A DNA stretch of 64,000 bases from Dehalococcoidia bacterium. Lineage in GTDB: Bacteria > Chloroflexota > Dehalococcoidia > UBA6926. The stretch covers positions 154,450 through 218,449 of the forward strand of contig CBDEUZ010000007.1 in assembly GCA_965243495.1 (NCBI GenBank), written 5' to 3'. The notes under the pieces are model-generated. The model was not told where the DNA came from. It made no database searches and saw only the letters and a program-made list of their open reading frames with translations. Position numbers and translations under genes: made by a program. Positions within the stretch are counted from its first letter, which is position 1, and every line of letters starts with the position of its first letter. Below, piece by piece: positions 9,309 to 19,441 of the stretch.

Positions 9309-10591
9309 TCCATCACCGCCTGTGCCGGAACGACGTGCTCAACACGACGAGTCACACCCGGTCGGAAGACCGATTCGTGCTCTAATTGCGCCATCTGATG
9401 ACCAATCTCATGCACGATGATGTCCGGATCAGACAGTAGCGGCGATGGTGTTTCCGATGTCCAGACCACACTCGGCTTAGCCCCTGCTCGCCGCAGGCTG
9501 TGCAGCGCATCGATGGTTTCCTCGTCCATCACGCTTGTGACCAAAACAACAGTCGCGCCAACCGGTAGTCGACGTGTCTGCTCCAGCAGGAACTGCCCCA
9601 TAGCTTGGCGTCCCAGCGGTGTCACGACCGCGAGGTTTTCAAGGACCGTCGCCAGCTGCTCCCGCCTGCGATTCGGCAGCACCCGGATTGGCTCATCTGT
9701 TAAAGGTGAAACGCTATTCGTCATCAGCCCGAATGACATCTTTTGCGCATACGCCCATTCCGCAATGGACGCCGCCGCCGTCACTCCCCGCTCCAACAGC
9801 AGGGGCGAATAACCCCATTGCCCCTCCGCTGCAGTTAGCGTCTGGGCGTTCAGGGCAAGAATCATGGTCTCCGAGACGGACGGAGAAAAGAGCCGCACAG
9901 TCAGCGCCTGCGAACGCGCCGTAGCTTTCCAATCCACGCGTCTCAGCGAGTCGCCCGCCTCATACGGCCGCAGACCCCGCAGTCTGCTCGGATCCTCGTG
10001 ATACGGCTGACCTCCGCGCTGCTCCCCGAACGGGCGCCTCGCGGGAATCCCCAGCGCAGGCAGCGGCAGCGTCTGCGGATAGACGATGACGTGATCCCAC
10101 TTCGGCTCAAGACGCTCAGAGAAGAAGAACCCGAACACGTCTCCGCTCGTCACGCTTGCCGGGCCGAATCGATACAGCCCACGCTTCCTGCACTCCATCG
10201 TGAATCGCCATGTGACCCGTTCATACCGCGCCAATGATGTTGAGCGCGTCGTGGTGTACGTCCCCTGCTCCACGCGAATCGTGCGCGGCTTGTCCGCCTC
10301 CTCAAGTCCGGATGGGAATTGATCCTCAAGCGTGATCCACGGCATGGGAATCGCCTTGCGGTTGGTCACCCGCAACTGAACGGTCACGTCATCACCGACA
10401 AACGCCCGCGTCTCGGAGAGCGACCGTTCAAACGTCACCCGCCCCAGTGAAACGCGATTCCACCCATACGCAACCAGGTACGTCAGGATAATCAGCGCGC
10501 CCAGTCCCACCAACAGCCCCTGCCCCGTCGCGAGGCCGATAATTAGCAGCAGGCCGAACGTGGCTACCCAGCCCCCGGTGAGCGTGAGCAT
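9305..10591 (-). CDS. DUF58 domain-containing protein (vWA-like, MoxR partner)
   Basis: N-terminal 2 TM, RRVDWKATARS motif typical of DUF58. Directly downstream of MoxR with a 3-nt gap. Confidence 0.75.
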   Translation of the reverse strand: MLTLTGGWVATFGLLLIIGLATGQGLLVGLGALIILTYLVAYGWNRVSLGRVTFERSLSETRAFVGDDVTVQLRVTNRKAIPMPWITLEDQFPSGLEEADKPRTIRVEQGTYTTTRSTSLARYERVTWRFTMECRKRGLYRFGPASVTSGDVFGFFFSERLEPKWDHVIVYPQTLPLPALGIPARRPFGEQRGGQPYHEDPSRLRGLRPYEAGDSLRRVDWKATARSQALTVRLFSPSVSETMILALNAQTLTAAEGQWGYSPLLLERGVTAAASIAEWAYAQKMSFGLMTNSVSPLTDEPIRVLPNRRREQLATVLENLAVVTPLGRQAMGQFLLEQTRRLPVGATVVLVTSVMDEETIDALHSLRRAGAKPSVVWTSETPSPLLSDPDIIVHEIGHQMAQLEHESVFRPGVTRRVEHVVPAQAVME

Positions 10592-10593
10592 CT

Positions 10594-11550
10594 CTAGCGG
10601 TCCGCGGCTACCTCTTCGGCCACGGCATCGTCCTCCGGCTGCCCGCTGATCGGCACGGGCACAGTGCGGAGAACGTCGTCCACTACATCAATGGACGTCA
10701 GACCGCGCAGCCGCGCCTGCGCATTCAGGATGACGCGATGGGTCAACACGTATGGCGCAAGACGCTTCACATCATCAGGTGTCACATAGTCCCGCCCCTG
10801 CTGCAGCGCCAATGCCTGCGAGGTGTGATGAAGCGCCAGCGACGCCCGCGGGCTCGCGCCGAGATCCAGTGACGGATGGTCGCGCGTCGAGTGAACGATA
10901 CCGATGATGTAGTCCTCCAGCGCCGGCTCCACCCGCGCGGTTGCAATCTGGTCCTGCATGGACAGAAGCTCCTGTGTCGAAAGAACCGGCCGCACCCGTT
11001 CAAGCGGGTCGTCTGCGTTGAACCGGTGAATCATCCGCGCCTCTTCCTCCGGCGAGGGCAAGCCGAGGCTTAGCCGCATCAGGAACCGATCCAACTGTGC
11101 TTCCGGCAGCGGGAATGTCCCCTCAAGTTCGATAGGATTCTGGGTGGCCATCACAAGGAACGGCGCGGGCAGCGGCAGGGTCTCCCCCTCAATAGTCACC
11201 TGCCCTTCCTGCATCGCCTCCAGCAGCGCCGACTGCGTCCGCGGCGTCGCGCGATTCACCTCATCGGCCAGCATGACCTGCGAGAATATCGGCCCGTTCC
11301 GTAGCTCGAAATCCCCGGACCGCTGATTGTAGTAGTTGATGCCCGTGATGTCCGCGGGCATCAGGTCCGGCGTGAACTGTACGCGGCTGAACGTGCATCC
11401 CAATGAGGCGGCCAACGCCTTGGCCAGCGTCGTCTTCCCGCTCCCCGGCACATCCTCAAAGAGCAGGTGGCCACGGCACAACAACGCTGTGATGGCCAAC
11501 TCGATGACGTTATCCTTGCCGACGATGACCGAGGCCACGCTCTCTGCCAC
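10594..11550 (-). CDS. MoxR family AAA+ ATPase
   Basis: GKDNVIELAITALLCRGHLLFEDVPGSGKTTLAKALA Walker A; whole-length MoxR signature. 318 aa. Confidence 0.9.
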   Translation of the reverse strand: MAESVASVIVGKDNVIELAITALLCRGHLLFEDVPGSGKTTLAKALAASLGCTFSRVQFTPDLMPADITGINYYNQRSGDFELRNGPIFSQVMLADEVNRATPRTQSALLEAMQEGQVTIEGETLPLPAPFLVMATQNPIELEGTFPLPEAQLDRFLMRLSLGLPSPEEEARMIHRFNADDPLERVRPVLSTQELLSMQDQIATARVEPALEDYIIGIVHSTRDHPSLDLGASPRASLALHHTSQALALQQGRDYVTPDDVKRLAPYVLTHRVILNAQARLRGLTSIDVVDDVLRTVPVPISGQPEDDAVAEEVAADR

Positions 11551-11779
11551 ACGCCGCGCGGCCTCTTGAACAGTTAAGGATTGGTTAGCGATTGCACGCC
11601 CCCTCCTGTTGGTTCACACAAGTCTACGGGCTGCCCTGCCAAGCGGCAAGGAACCGCACTGCTTCTCTCTATACACTCCCATCGCTGACTGCTAGGATGA
11701 GGCGTGGTGGGGGAATGTCTACGCGTGGCGTGGCGTCTGGCCCGCACGAGAAACGAGCCAAAGATTCTGGGAGGAAGAA

Positions 11780-12442
11780 ATGCCGGACACGATTGTCTCT
11801 CACGACGTTGACCTGGTGAAGGGCTACGCTGCCTATCCGATGGCGGAGGGCAAGTACCCGGGCATCGTCGTGATCCAGGAGTGGTGGGGACTTGATGAGC
11901 ACATCCGGGACGTAACCCGCCGATTCGCTCGACAGGGCTACACCGCCATCGCGCCTGACCTGTTCCACGGCGACGTGGTAAATGAGCCGTCCGAGGCGCA
12001 GAAGCTGGCGATGGGTCTTGATCGCGGCCGTGCGGTTCGCGACACCCGCGCAGCTATCGATTACATCAAGAGTTGCGAATCTTCAAACGGCAGCGTGGCT
12101 GTCATCGGCTACTGCCTCGGCGGCGGCGTTTCCCTGCTGACCGCAACGGAGGACGACGGCGTCTCCGCGACCATCGTCTACTACGGCGGCATCCCTGATC
12201 CCGCCGACCTGCTGGACAACGTGAATTCGCCTGTGCTCTCCGTCTATGGCAGCGACGAGGCGGACCGCGCCAACCAGCTGGAAAGCGAGTTGAACGCGCG
12301 CGGCAAGTCCGTCGAGACGCACATCTATGAGGGCGCGACGCACGGCTTCTTCAACGACTCCGGCCAGGGCCACCACGCAGAGGCCTCCGCCGACGCATGG
12401 GAGAAGACCCTCGCCTTCCTCAAGGCAAACGTCCCGGCCTAG
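11780..12442 (+). CDS. dienelactone hydrolase family protein
   Basis: 220 aa. IVVIQEWWGLDEHIRDVTRRFARQGYTAIAPDLFHG and GYCLGGG nucleophile elbow. RBS GGGAGGAAG. Confidence 0.85.
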   Translation: MPDTIVSHDVDLVKGYAAYPMAEGKYPGIVVIQEWWGLDEHIRDVTRRFARQGYTAIAPDLFHGDVVNEPSEAQKLAMGLDRGRAVRDTRAAIDYIKSCESSNGSVAVIGYCLGGGVSLLTATEDDGVSATIVYYGGIPDPADLLDNVNSPVLSVYGSDEADRANQLESELNARGKSVETHIYEGATHGFFNDSGQGHHAEASADAWEKTLAFLKANVPA

Positions 12443-12466
12443 CAGCCGTAATCCCGACTAAACAAG

Positions 12467-12498
12467 GCGGGGCGGGTCAATGACCCGCCCCGCCTTTG
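12467..12498 (+). terminator. Rho-independent terminator after the dienelactone hydrolase gene
   Basis: Perfect GC-rich palindrome GGCGGGGCGGGTCA / TGACCCGCCCCGCC followed by TTTG. Confidence 0.6.
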
Positions 12499-12850
12499 TC
12501 ATTCTGAGCATGTCGAAGAATCCCCGTTCGCCCTGAGCCTGTCGAAGGGGGCTCCTGAACGGGGAATCACTTATCCGTCATTCCGCGCCCCCATTCGTCA
12601 TTCCCGCGAAAGCGGGAATCCAGTGCCGCCCATAGGGCGGCCTCCCCTCTCCCTCGGGGAGAGGGCTAGGGTGAGGGCCCTGTCATTCCAGGCGCCCCTC
12701 CGTCATTCCGAGCGCAGCCGAGGAATCTAAAAACTCATTTGGCAAACATGCCGGAACGCGGTGCCAAACTTGGATGCCATTCAACCCTAATCGCGAACCT
12801 TGGCTGTAGGCACTGCCTACCCCACTCCAGCCACCCTTCCCTATAATGTC
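12497..12850. repeat. Mosaic repeat array (C-variant, B, A, D, C, E)
   Basis: Module C variant at 12497-12525, B at 12524-12570, A at 12596-12650, D (ctctccctcggggagagggctagggtgaggg) at 12650-12690, C at 12700-12740, E (..cttggctgtaggcactgcctaccc) at 12745-12840. Confidence 0.85.
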
Positions 12851-12908
12851 CCTTAACGTGCCCGACTAACACGCAGCAAACCTTGTCGGGATAAGCCGGA
12901 GAATCGCA

Positions 12909-15900
12909 ATGGCGAGAACCCCCCGTTCTGGCTTGATTATTCTTTTGATTGCCGCGGCAATCATTCTTATCGTCTTCGCTTGCGAAAGACCAAGCCCCAC
13001 CCCTACCCCGCCGCCTCCCTCCCCTACACCGACGCCCGAGCCGACACCCGAACCAACCGCCATAGAGCGCCTTGCCTGGTTCGATGCCCGACCTGACACC
13101 GCCCATTGGATCGCGTGGAACGCTCTCCGTCGGATGGCCATCGATGACGAACCGCTCACCCAGCAGATCGCCTCTCTCGACTGGGTGGTTGACGGCATAA
13201 CTGCTGAAGAAGCCGGTGCCCTCGATGATGTGTCGTGGCTCCTTCGGGAGAATCCTGCCATCGCCGACACAGCCCTGAACTTGCCGTGGATGGCGACGGA
13301 CAGCGTCATAAGCGCGGAAGACCGGCGCGCCCTCCGTGCAATTCGCGCCGCAGCGTCCACCGACGAGGACCTTGGCGCAACCCTCGCCGGGTATGAGTGG
13401 CTGACGAACGGACTCACGCAGGATGAGGCAGAGGCGCTGGAAACCATTGGAGAAATCGTCACTCCCGGCTTCACCACCCAAACCGCAACTGGCATCGGCG
13501 CAATCCGGTTAGACCGCTCCGGTACCGCAACACCGCCGTCGGTCTCCCCACGAACGCTTCAGTTCGCCACGTCTGTCTCTCAATTTCCCTGGATGCAAGA
13601 CGACGTCACCTCGCTTGAGACCGTGTTCATTGCCAACCTCAATGGACTAGTTGAAACGGCTGGCAGCATGCACGCAGGTGCAGCGGACACCATCGTGTCC
13701 TATGACTGGATACAGGACGGGATAGAGCTGAATGAGTCGCGTTCACCGCTTCTCTACGAACCGCTCTTCAGGGCGGCAGGTGTGGAAGATACCGACATCC
13801 TGCCGATCATGCTCGAATATGAGTGGATTGCGGATGGACTGGGTTCTAACGAATCACGCGCTATCAGCGGGCTCACACCCCTCCTCAACGCCAGTTCTTC
13901 GGATGACGTAGACGTTATGCGAACCATGGTGAGCTACCCATGGCTCACGGATTCAATCGAAGGCCCTGAATATACTTTGCTAGATGAATTCGCTTACCTC
14001 CTGCGCTTGGAAGAGTCTGCAGGCGCGACATATCGCCAGACCGTACTCGGCTATGACTGGCTCCTAGACGACGTCACCCCAACGGAAATCGCATTCATTC
14101 ATGAACTAACCGAACTCACCCGGACGGCCGATGATTTCCACGCAGAGTCTCTTGACATCGTCGCGTCATACGACTGGGCAGTAGACGGCATTGACGAGCC
14201 AGAGGTTGCTTTCTTGCGGCGCCTCACCCTCCTGTTTGAACACGCAGGAACCGAAGACGCAGTAGCCCTGCAAACCGTGCTTGGATACGAGTGGATCACG
14301 GATGGCGTGATTGTGTCCGAGTTAGACTTTGTGAGGAAAATTGCCTACCTCTTTAACGCAAGTTCTCAGGAAGATGCTCAGGCAATAACCATTATCTCTG
14401 AGTACCCGTGGCTGGCAGATTCTGTGGAGGGCTTTTATGAGAGGGACGCGTTGCGAGCGTTCGATGCTCTGTTGCGACCACAGGGAAGCCAGTACGTAGT
14501 CCCCCAGGAAACGATTCTCGCTTTCGATTGGGTATCCGACGGCATGAGCGTCTATGGGGACGTCTATGAGCATATTGCTCTGGCTGATCTTGTGGAAACG
14601 ATACTTCTCCTTGCCTCGGAACGACCGGAACTCATGGTTTCTTTTGTGGAATCCGAATGGCTCTTGGACAGTCTCTCATTTGAGGAACGTGATGGCCTAT
14701 CCAGAGTCAGAGACATAGTTCCTGACATAAAACTGTTGAACCGATTGGTAGACGCCCTTCCTTACACTGTCAACGATGAGCTGACGAACATATCGGTTGG
14801 AGACGAATGGTTGCAGGGTCAATTCTCCGACTCATTCCTTGAGGAACTTCACTCGACCCAACAGATACTGGCGCAACGCATTTCTCTTATCGATCGAGTC
14901 AGCAACGCCTTGGATGTCGCCCCCGAATTTGCTTGGTTGCAAGACGGACTTTCGCCTATGGAAATGGAATGGCTGCTGGCTTTCAATGAATTGTTTGATG
15001 TAATCGGCCAACCGGAAGCTCTTAACTTCGCTTCCCTGCCATGGTTTCAGGACAACATTGATGCCTTTGACATGAGTGTTATGAACCTCTTGATGTGGAG
15101 AAAACTTATCTTGAGGCCGGAAATTGCCGACTTGAATCTGTCTGCTGATGGTATCTCTGAAAATGATGGTTTCTACTTGATGGCTCTCGGCGATGCCCTG
15201 AACCGTTCCGAGCACCAATATCAGGATCTCCTCAACCAACATCACATCGCCAGCCGAACGCTCACCATGCCCTTGGCGGGAGACATTGACGTTACAGTGG
15301 TTCGTCACACACCTTTTCCAAACAACGACCCTACCCTTGATCTGACAGAGGACATCGCACTCCAGCTAGAAGAGTTCATGGGAGTACCCTTCCCTTTGGA
15401 CAACATCCTGATACTCATACTGGAAGCCAGTGTCCGCAACGGAGAGAGACCGATGATCGGCGTCGCCTATGCCATCTGGGGTCATCTCGTCATGGTTCCC
15501 CCTCGCCATAATCCCGGCTTCCACCTTGCCGTCTTCCATGAGGTTAGTCACTTGTACTGGGGCGGCCACACCGGAGCTCCACCCTGGTGGACGGAGGGGG
15601 CCGCAGGCTTTCTGCCGGACATCGCGCGAGACGCCCTGGGGCATGAAACCCTGGAAGAGCGACGCAAGCAATTGCTCTGGGACACGAGCCGTGAATGTTG
15701 GAATCAGGGCATCAGAACTGTTTCCACTTACTACCATTTACAGAGAACTCAACCCCACGTTGCGCAAGATCGCGGCATCTGCATATACGCCTTGGGAGAG
15801 ATTTTCCTGGTGGAGATGTACCTCCTGCTCGGCCATGACGCCACCTCCACCGCCATGCGACAGCTCTACGTCGATGCCCGTGATTCCGGGTGGCTTGACC

Positions 15901-16031
15901 CCATCACCGATCAGAAAATCTATGATGCCTTTCGGGCCAACACCCCGGATGACAAGGTGGAAGAGTTCCGCAAACTGTTCCTCCGCCTCCACGGCGGCGC
16001 CAACGTCAACCTCTCCGAATCAACCACCTAG
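12909..16031 (+). CDS. Large lipoprotein: signal peptide/lipobox, PT-rich linker, about 16 tandem ~40-aa repeats, C-terminal M1-like (gluzincin) zinc-metallopeptidase domain
   Basis: N-terminus MARTPRSGLIILLIAAAIILIVFAC has lipobox VFAC, followed by PSPTPTPPPPSPTPTPEPTPEPT. The repeat motif x-Y-[DEP]-W-[ILV]-x-D-[GSD]-[ILV]-x3-E recurs about 16 times between aa 95-710. The C-terminus has AVFHEVSHLYWGGHTGAPPWWTEGAAGF, i.e. HExxH(x)nWWxEG as in M1 aminopeptidases. GC is visibly lower than flanking DNA over about 13.9-15.4 kb. Confidence 0.7.
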   Translation: MARTPRSGLIILLIAAAIILIVFACERPSPTPTPPPPSPTPTPEPTPEPTAIERLAWFDARPDTAHWIAWNALRRMAIDDEPLTQQIASLDWVVDGITAEEAGALDDVSWLLRENPAIADTALNLPWMATDSVISAEDRRALRAIRAAASTDEDLGATLAGYEWLTNGLTQDEAEALETIGEIVTPGFTTQTATGIGAIRLDRSGTATPPSVSPRTLQFATSVSQFPWMQDDVTSLETVFIANLNGLVETAGSMHAGAADTIVSYDWIQDGIELNESRSPLLYEPLFRAAGVEDTDILPIMLEYEWIADGLGSNESRAISGLTPLLNASSSDDVDVMRTMVSYPWLTDSIEGPEYTLLDEFAYLLRLEESAGATYRQTVLGYDWLLDDVTPTEIAFIHELTELTRTADDFHAESLDIVASYDWAVDGIDEPEVAFLRRLTLLFEHAGTEDAVALQTVLGYEWITDGVIVSELDFVRKIAYLFNASSQEDAQAITIISEYPWLADSVEGFYERDALRAFDALLRPQGSQYVVPQETILAFDWVSDGMSVYGDVYEHIALADLVETILLLASERPELMVSFVESEWLLDSLSFEERDGLSRVRDIVPDIKLLNRLVDALPYTVNDELTNISVGDEWLQGQFSDSFLEELHSTQQILAQRISLIDRVSNALDVAPEFAWLQDGLSPMEMEWLLAFNELFDVIGQPEALNFASLPWFQDNIDAFDMSVMNLLMWRKLILRPEIADLNLSADGISENDGFYLMALGDALNRSEHQYQDLLNQHHIASRTLTMPLAGDIDVTVVRHTPFPNNDPTLDLTEDIALQLEEFMGVPFPLDNILILILEASVRNGERPMIGVAYAIWGHLVMVPPRHNPGFHLAVFHEVSHLYWGGHTGAPPWWTEGAAGFLPDIARDALGHETLEERRKQLLWDTSRECWNQGIRTVSTYYHLQRTQPHVAQDRGICIYALGEIFLVEMYLLLGHDATSTAMRQLYVDARDSGWLDPITDQKIYDAFRANTPDDKVEEFRKLFLRLHGGANVNLSESTT

Positions 16032-16035
16032 CCCC

Positions 16036-17538
16036 ATGCTGCCATTCCGACCGCCTCCGTCCGTCATTCTGCTGGCACTGTGCATCCAGTTGGCTCTTCT
16101 TGCAGGGTGCGAGTCAGATGACGCTCCAAGCTCAGGCCGTGATCCGGCGAGCCAGTTGATCCCCACACCAACCCCCCATGCGGATGTCCTGCCCTACTTG
16201 CCCTACACGGTTCCCCCCTCACTGGAAGAGCAGGTCGGCTCAGCAGTGATCGTGCGCGCCACTCTTGTGTCGGTGACACCGGATGCTGAGACGATGCCCA
16301 GCGGCGAGGGTGTCGCCCCCACCTACCGTCCGATGCAGACACTCCGATTCAGGGTTCACGAGTACCTGAGAGGCAGCGGTCCAACAGAAGCCATCGTGGT
16401 GGTGCGTGGCGACCACACGTACCTGACGGAAGCAGAGGCGCGTCGTGCGGCCAGCCGGCGCAACAGCACATGGGACGAACGGGAAGCGGTGCTGTTCTTG
16501 GATCCACCATTCGGAGCTGCGGGCGGCGCCTCCGGTATGTCGCAGTCTACGAGGGAACTCACATTCTTTCTGAACAATCACACGGACACACCGTTTGATT
16601 ACTCAGTGGACACGCTGAGCCGCGTTTGGCTGCCTGCAAGGGACGCCCCGAGGTCCAGGGGCGCTGCTGGTGAATCATCGACGCCTGGGCCGTACATCAC
16701 CGACGGCGCGGCGTCCCAACCGCCGACCGTCTCACTGGCCGACATCAAGGCCGCTATCGCCAACCTGGAGGCGGAGATCGAGCGAGGAGCGGGCATAGAG
16801 GGTTACTACGACTGCATGAGCTACAGGACTCTCTACAAGCGGACTCGCCGCGCCGCGCCGTGGGTGCCGATCCGGGAGTCAACGGCGTTGGTGTCCGGTT
16901 CAGCCGCCGGGATCAAGTTCTACACGCATGACTACACTTACAGGGATCCACAGTACGATCGGTTCTGGCTCTCCGGCCCCGACGGGAACCTTTTCACGGC
17001 CCCCATCGACGACGATGACACCGACCCTTCCAACGGCTATCACTTCGCGCTTGCCGCCGCACGTCCGTTGCCTGCGGGCAGCTATCAAATCCATCACCAC
17101 CTTCAGATCTCCGAGTACATCCCCTGCAACTTCAAGCCAACCGATGCTTACGACGTCTTTACGGTGACTGTGACATCGTCTGCTGGCACCCTGCATGAAG
17201 CCTTCTTTGATCCGGTGACCATCGGCACGACGGTCGGCGCGGACGCTTCCAACGGCGTTATTGATCCGGATGAGTTCACCGTCGGCAGCGATGACTATGA
17301 GATCGAGAGCATCGTGTGGGATAACGATGACGATGAGGTCGTCCTGACACTGGATGACCATGTCTCGTTGTCCGGGAAGACGCTGGACTTCATCGAGTTG
17401 GACGGCTCCATCGACACCTCCCTGGACGTTTCGGACGCCACCGTTAACAAGACAGCGACCACGTGGACATGGAGCCTCACAAGCGCGCCATGGGAAGACG
17501 GCGACACCTTGATGCTCCGCATCCGCGACACGGAGTGA
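16036..17538 (+). CDS. Hypothetical lipoprotein (translationally coupled to the upstream repeat-peptidase gene)
   Basis: ATG is 5 nt after the upstream stop. MLPFRPPPSVILLALCIQLALLAGC has lipobox LLAGC, followed by a PT-rich stretch. No recognisable catalytic motif. The ORF track version from 15469 is an artefactual upstream extension overlapping the previous gene. Confidence 0.6.
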   Translation: MLPFRPPPSVILLALCIQLALLAGCESDDAPSSGRDPASQLIPTPTPHADVLPYLPYTVPPSLEEQVGSAVIVRATLVSVTPDAETMPSGEGVAPTYRPMQTLRFRVHEYLRGSGPTEAIVVVRGDHTYLTEAEARRAASRRNSTWDEREAVLFLDPPFGAAGGASGMSQSTRELTFFLNNHTDTPFDYSVDTLSRVWLPARDAPRSRGAAGESSTPGPYITDGAASQPPTVSLADIKAAIANLEAEIERGAGIEGYYDCMSYRTLYKRTRRAAPWVPIRESTALVSGSAAGIKFYTHDYTYRDPQYDRFWLSGPDGNLFTAPIDDDDTDPSNGYHFALAAARPLPAGSYQIHHHLQISEYIPCNFKPTDAYDVFTVTVTSSAGTLHEAFFDPVTIGTTVGADASNGVIDPDEFTVGSDDYEIESIVWDNDDDEVVLTLDDHVSLSGKTLDFIELDGSIDTSLDVSDATVNKTATTWTWSLTSAPWEDGDTLMLRIRDTE

Positions 17539-17545
17539 CAGACCG

Positions 17546-18553
17546 CTAATTCGGCCGATTGATCAGATAATCCCCGATCTCGAGCAGCGCCGCTGCGCCG
17601 CTCTCCGGCAGCCCCGCCGACTCAATCAGCGCGCGCGCCTGAGCCCAGTGCGAGGCCGCCTCCGCCGCGCAGAAGTCGGACGCGCCCAACGACTCCAATA
17701 GAGTAACGATGTCACCCACCGCATCCGGGCCAAACCCACTCCGATACATCTCGCGGAGCCGCTCAGCTTCCGGCGAGTCCCCCTGCATGAGACCATAGAT
17801 GACGGGAAGGCTCTTTTTGCCGTCCCGTATATCCAGCGCGGTCTCCTTGCCGATGATGTCCCCACCCCAGATATCAAGCACGTCGTCATGGATCTGGAAT
17901 GCGATTCCCATCTCGAACCCCGCCTCGCCAAGCAGCCTTCCCCGCTCCGCTGATCCGCCTGCAAACGCGCTGCCGATCTCCAGGGCGCACCGGAACGCCT
18001 CAGCCGTCTTGTTGCCGATCATCCCCTTATAGTCGTCAACTGTCACGTCGGTTCGGCTCTCAAACTCCATGTCCGATGTCTGTCCCTCACACAGCGCAAG
18101 GCACGTCTCATCCAGCATCTTTACGGCGTGGAGAACACTCTGTGGCGGCGCGCCGTCCTCCGCCATCCGGAGCACCACAAGCTGCGAGAGAGCGTGCATC
18201 GCGTCCCCCGCGTTGATGGCCTGTGACGCCCCCCATCGGCTCCACACCGTTGGGCGATTGCGCCGATACGTGCTTTCATCCTGGATATCATCGTGGATCA
18301 GTGAGAAGTTGTGCAGCAGCTCCAGCCCAACCGCGGCCGGCAGCGCGTCCTCCCACTTCCCGCCGCACGCCTCCGCGGTCACCAGCGCAAGAGTAGGCCG
18401 AAGGTATTTGCCGCCCTGCGTCAACTCGCCGTCCTCCCACCCAAGGTGGTGGCGCATCATGTCGAAAAGCTGGCCCTGACGACCGGTCAGAATACGAGCG
18501 ATAGCCTCATCTATGGTGGAGCGGAATCTGTCGAGAGACGTCGGGGCTTCCAT
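17546..18553 (-). CDS. polyprenyl synthetase family protein (short-chain trans-prenyl diphosphate synthase, e.g. GGPP synthase-like)
   Basis: First aspartate-rich motif LIHDDIQDES and second FQIHDDVLD. 335 aa. Confidence 0.85.
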   Translation of the reverse strand: MEAPTSLDRFRSTIDEAIARILTGRQGQLFDMMRHHLGWEDGELTQGGKYLRPTLALVTAEACGGKWEDALPAAVGLELLHNFSLIHDDIQDESTYRRNRPTVWSRWGASQAINAGDAMHALSQLVVLRMAEDGAPPQSVLHAVKMLDETCLALCEGQTSDMEFESRTDVTVDDYKGMIGNKTAEAFRCALEIGSAFAGGSAERGRLLGEAGFEMGIAFQIHDDVLDIWGGDIIGKETALDIRDGKKSLPVIYGLMQGDSPEAERLREMYRSGFGPDAVGDIVTLLESLGASDFCAAEAASHWAQARALIESAGLPESGAAALLEIGDYLINRPN

Positions 18554-18612
18554 CGGAACGTCCCTCCCACACCGGTTCGTCCGTCCGGATGAAACCCGCT
18601 CGTCGCCGATGC

Positions 18613-19311
18613 CTAGCTGACGCGCGTCCGCCTGCCCCGCGGATTCTGCCCCTCGTTGGAGTCGGAATCGGCGATGGCGGCAATGACTTCATCCGACGGG
18701 ATCGCGCCCTCGCGAAGCACTTGGGGCCGGCTGGTTGTCAGATCAACGATGGTAGACGGCTGACCGGCGGGCAGAGTTCCCTCACCCACCGCATAGTCCA
18801 GCCACGGGCCAAGCTCCTCCAGGACATCATCAAGTGAGCGGGCATCCGACGAGCCGGAGCGATTGGCGCTCGTGCCAATAACAGGCCGCCCAAATTCCTG
18901 GATCAGGTCGCGTGCGATTGGATGATCCGGTACGCGAACAGCGACGGTTGTCGCCCCGCCGCTCACGATATCCGGTAGGTCCGGCGAGCGCTTCACGACC
19001 ATCGTCAGCGCGCCCGGCCAATACCGATTCGCCAGCTTCCATGCGCTGTCAGGCAGGTCGATGGCTACTTTGTTGAGCTGCTCGGCGTCCGCAAGAAGTA
19101 CGGGCAGTCCCTGCCCATGGTCGCGGCCCTTTGCTCGATAAACCCGTTCGACCGCCTCGGCATTAAAAGCGTCAGCGCCAAGCGCGAAAAGGGTATCCGT
19201 CGGAAAGCACACAATCCCGCCAACCCGAAGCATCACGACTGCTGCGCGAATCTGAAGCTCTGGGTCGGTTGCCTTGACTTCTGCCTCGTCTACGACGGTT
19301 TGATCGGTCAC
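18613..19311 (-). CDS. tsaC: L-threonylcarbamoyladenylate synthase (TsaC/YrdC/Sua5 family)
   Basis: YrdC fold motifs (..CFPTDTLFALGADAFN..AVERVYRAKGR..LPVLL.., ..GTSANRSG..). GTG start at 19311 is preceded by AAGGAG; the longest ORF reaches 19482. Confidence 0.75.
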   Translation of the reverse strand: MTDQTVVDEAEVKATDPELQIRAAVVMLRVGGIVCFPTDTLFALGADAFNAEAVERVYRAKGRDHGQGLPVLLADAEQLNKVAIDLPDSAWKLANRYWPGALTMVVKRSPDLPDIVSGGATTVAVRVPDHPIARDLIQEFGRPVIGTSANRSGSSDARSLDDVLEELGPWLDYAVGEGTLPAGQPSTIVDLTTSRPQVLREGAIPSDEVIAAIADSDSNEGQNPRGRRTRVS

Positions 19312-19441
19312 GTTGTGACTCCTTGACCAAGTATAGCACCGGTTAGTAGGCTGAGCGTCAATGGGGACGCTGTGATGGTCACGGCGTCGGCGTGGCGCGG
19401 GAGTCGGTTCCGCGAACGCCTCTGGGGGACTGGCAGCGCAC

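Noticed and set aside
15469-16035. Upstream extension of the second lipoprotein ORF (ORF track 15469-17538)
   Set aside because: The extension overlaps the C-terminal peptidase domain of the preceding gene in another frame. A lipoprotein signal peptide begins exactly at ATG 16036, 5 nt after the upstream stop.
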